A stretch of DNA of 64,000 nt from Okamejei kenojei (taxonomy: Eukaryota). The stretch is taken from positions 44,702,001-44,766,000 of the forward strand of contig CM069146.1 in assembly GCA_035221665.1 (NCBI GenBank), read 5' to 3'. The position numbers and the translations under genes are program-made. Under the pieces are notes generated by a model. That model was not told the DNA's origin. It ran no database searches and saw only the letters and a program-made list of their open reading frames with translations. Shown here in pieces: positions 62,832-64,000 of this stretch; position 1 is the first letter of the stretch; each line of letters begins with the position of its first letter.

Positions 62832-63869
62832 TTATTAGATTCAAACTCTTAATTCATCTTGACATAGAAAACCATAAAGAGTTCAATTCAATTGCATAAG
62901 CACATACAAGGTAAATGCATTTGCATTGCAAACAATTTACTGTGAATATCTTTAAAGTGTGATACATCTAGATTGAGCAACTGTTACTATGGTGCATCAA
63001 AACAATATTAAAATAGGAGCAGGATCGCCCAAATGATATGCTGCAGATACAAAGATTGCAATTCATGTTTCGCAACATTCTAGTTGAAGCTTCCTGGTTG
63101 TTCCAGGTTATTTCTGTCCTATTGCACAATGCAACTGGGAGTACAATTTGACATTCGGCTGATCACGGCAGTTCAAACTGCTTGACAGATGTCAGCATAC
63201 TATGTCTGCATCTTCACTACCGAAAATACAATGTTATGTTTATTCATTAAATGCATACTCAACATGTGGCTTATTTAAAGCTTTTGAGAGCTATGACTGA
63301 GAGAAAAAGCTTGATGTCAGAACTTGCCTTCATAAGAAAGTGATGGTTTTAGTTAAACAGGGTAAAAATTAGCATTTGCAAAAATTTAGTGTTTGGTTAT
63401 GGATTCTACCTCACAAGAATTTGTTTGTATTTTAAATTAATAATTTAGATACCGATGTTTGGAAAGCAGTACCTAAATTTGCAAATAAAGATGGTTATGT
63501 ATTCAGATTCAAGATCACAACAGCAAAGTTATCGAAATTGCCAAAACAAAAAGTGCAATTTATGCATTTCCATAATGTACACTTTCATCAGAACACATAC
63601 ATAACAAAGGAGCATAAACAGCACTAGTAAGCCAAGTTGTTCATCATTCCTGCTCCGCCATTCATTAAGAACACGGCCTTTTCTTCAGCCTTGCTTCCAA
63701 TATTAATCTCATATCCCTCTGCACTTGAAAACCTACACTTCTGTAAATCAAAATATGACCATTCCTGATCCATCTATCACTTGCCAGCTCTTGCCCCAAC
63801 ACTTCCCCTCATCTCTTTCTTTACAAGCCCTCTCCTCTAAAGTCTTGAGTTGCAGTCTAAAGAGTCCTT

Positions 63870-64000
63870 CCTGCGACTCAAACACCCAGAAACAAAGAAA
63901 ATTGCAAAAAGTGGTGAACACCGCACAGTCCATCACGGGTACTGACCTCTTCATTAATGAAGGGATCTACAAGACTCACTGCGTCAAAAAGAAGCCAGCA
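63870..64000 (+). mobile_element. Rex1/Babar-type LINE RT C-terminal fragment (runs off the window)
   Basis: RKLQKVVNTAQSITGTDLFINEGIYKTHCVKK resembles the Rex1 LQRVVKTAQ.ITG..LP...IY..RC motif. Confidence 0.7.

Noticed and set aside
61464-64000. PPP4R2 first coding exons
   Set aside because: No sequence encoding the N-terminal (DFEK...LDQFLCHVAKTGET-like) region was found; it presumably lies beyond the window.

Overview
Vertebrate, repeat-rich genomic DNA. The repeat families (HE1-type V-SINEs, CR1 LINEs, Penelope-like elements) point to a cartilaginous fish, probably a skate or ray; this is an inference. The right third holds the last seven coding exons of PPP4R2 on the minus strand (61463 down to the stop at 42107), all with GT-AG junctions and a consistent frame. 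The first coding exons lie beyond the right edge. The rest is non-coding and dominated by mobile elements: a decayed CACTA/EnSpm transposon, an IR/DR-type Tc1 element, PIF/Harbinger-type MITEs, CR1 fragments, tRNA-derived V-SINEs and a Rex1/Babar fragment. At least 12 Penelope pLTR remnants carry a minimal hammerhead-ribozyme motif, four of them with an intact catalytic core. Structural oddities include two long near-perfect hairpins (1801-1951, 17843-17958), a 2294-bp tandem duplication, a microhomology-joined mosaic of two CR1 elements and recurrent fold-back retroelement insertions. Repeat boundaries were read by eye and are approximate unless junction sequence is quoted.
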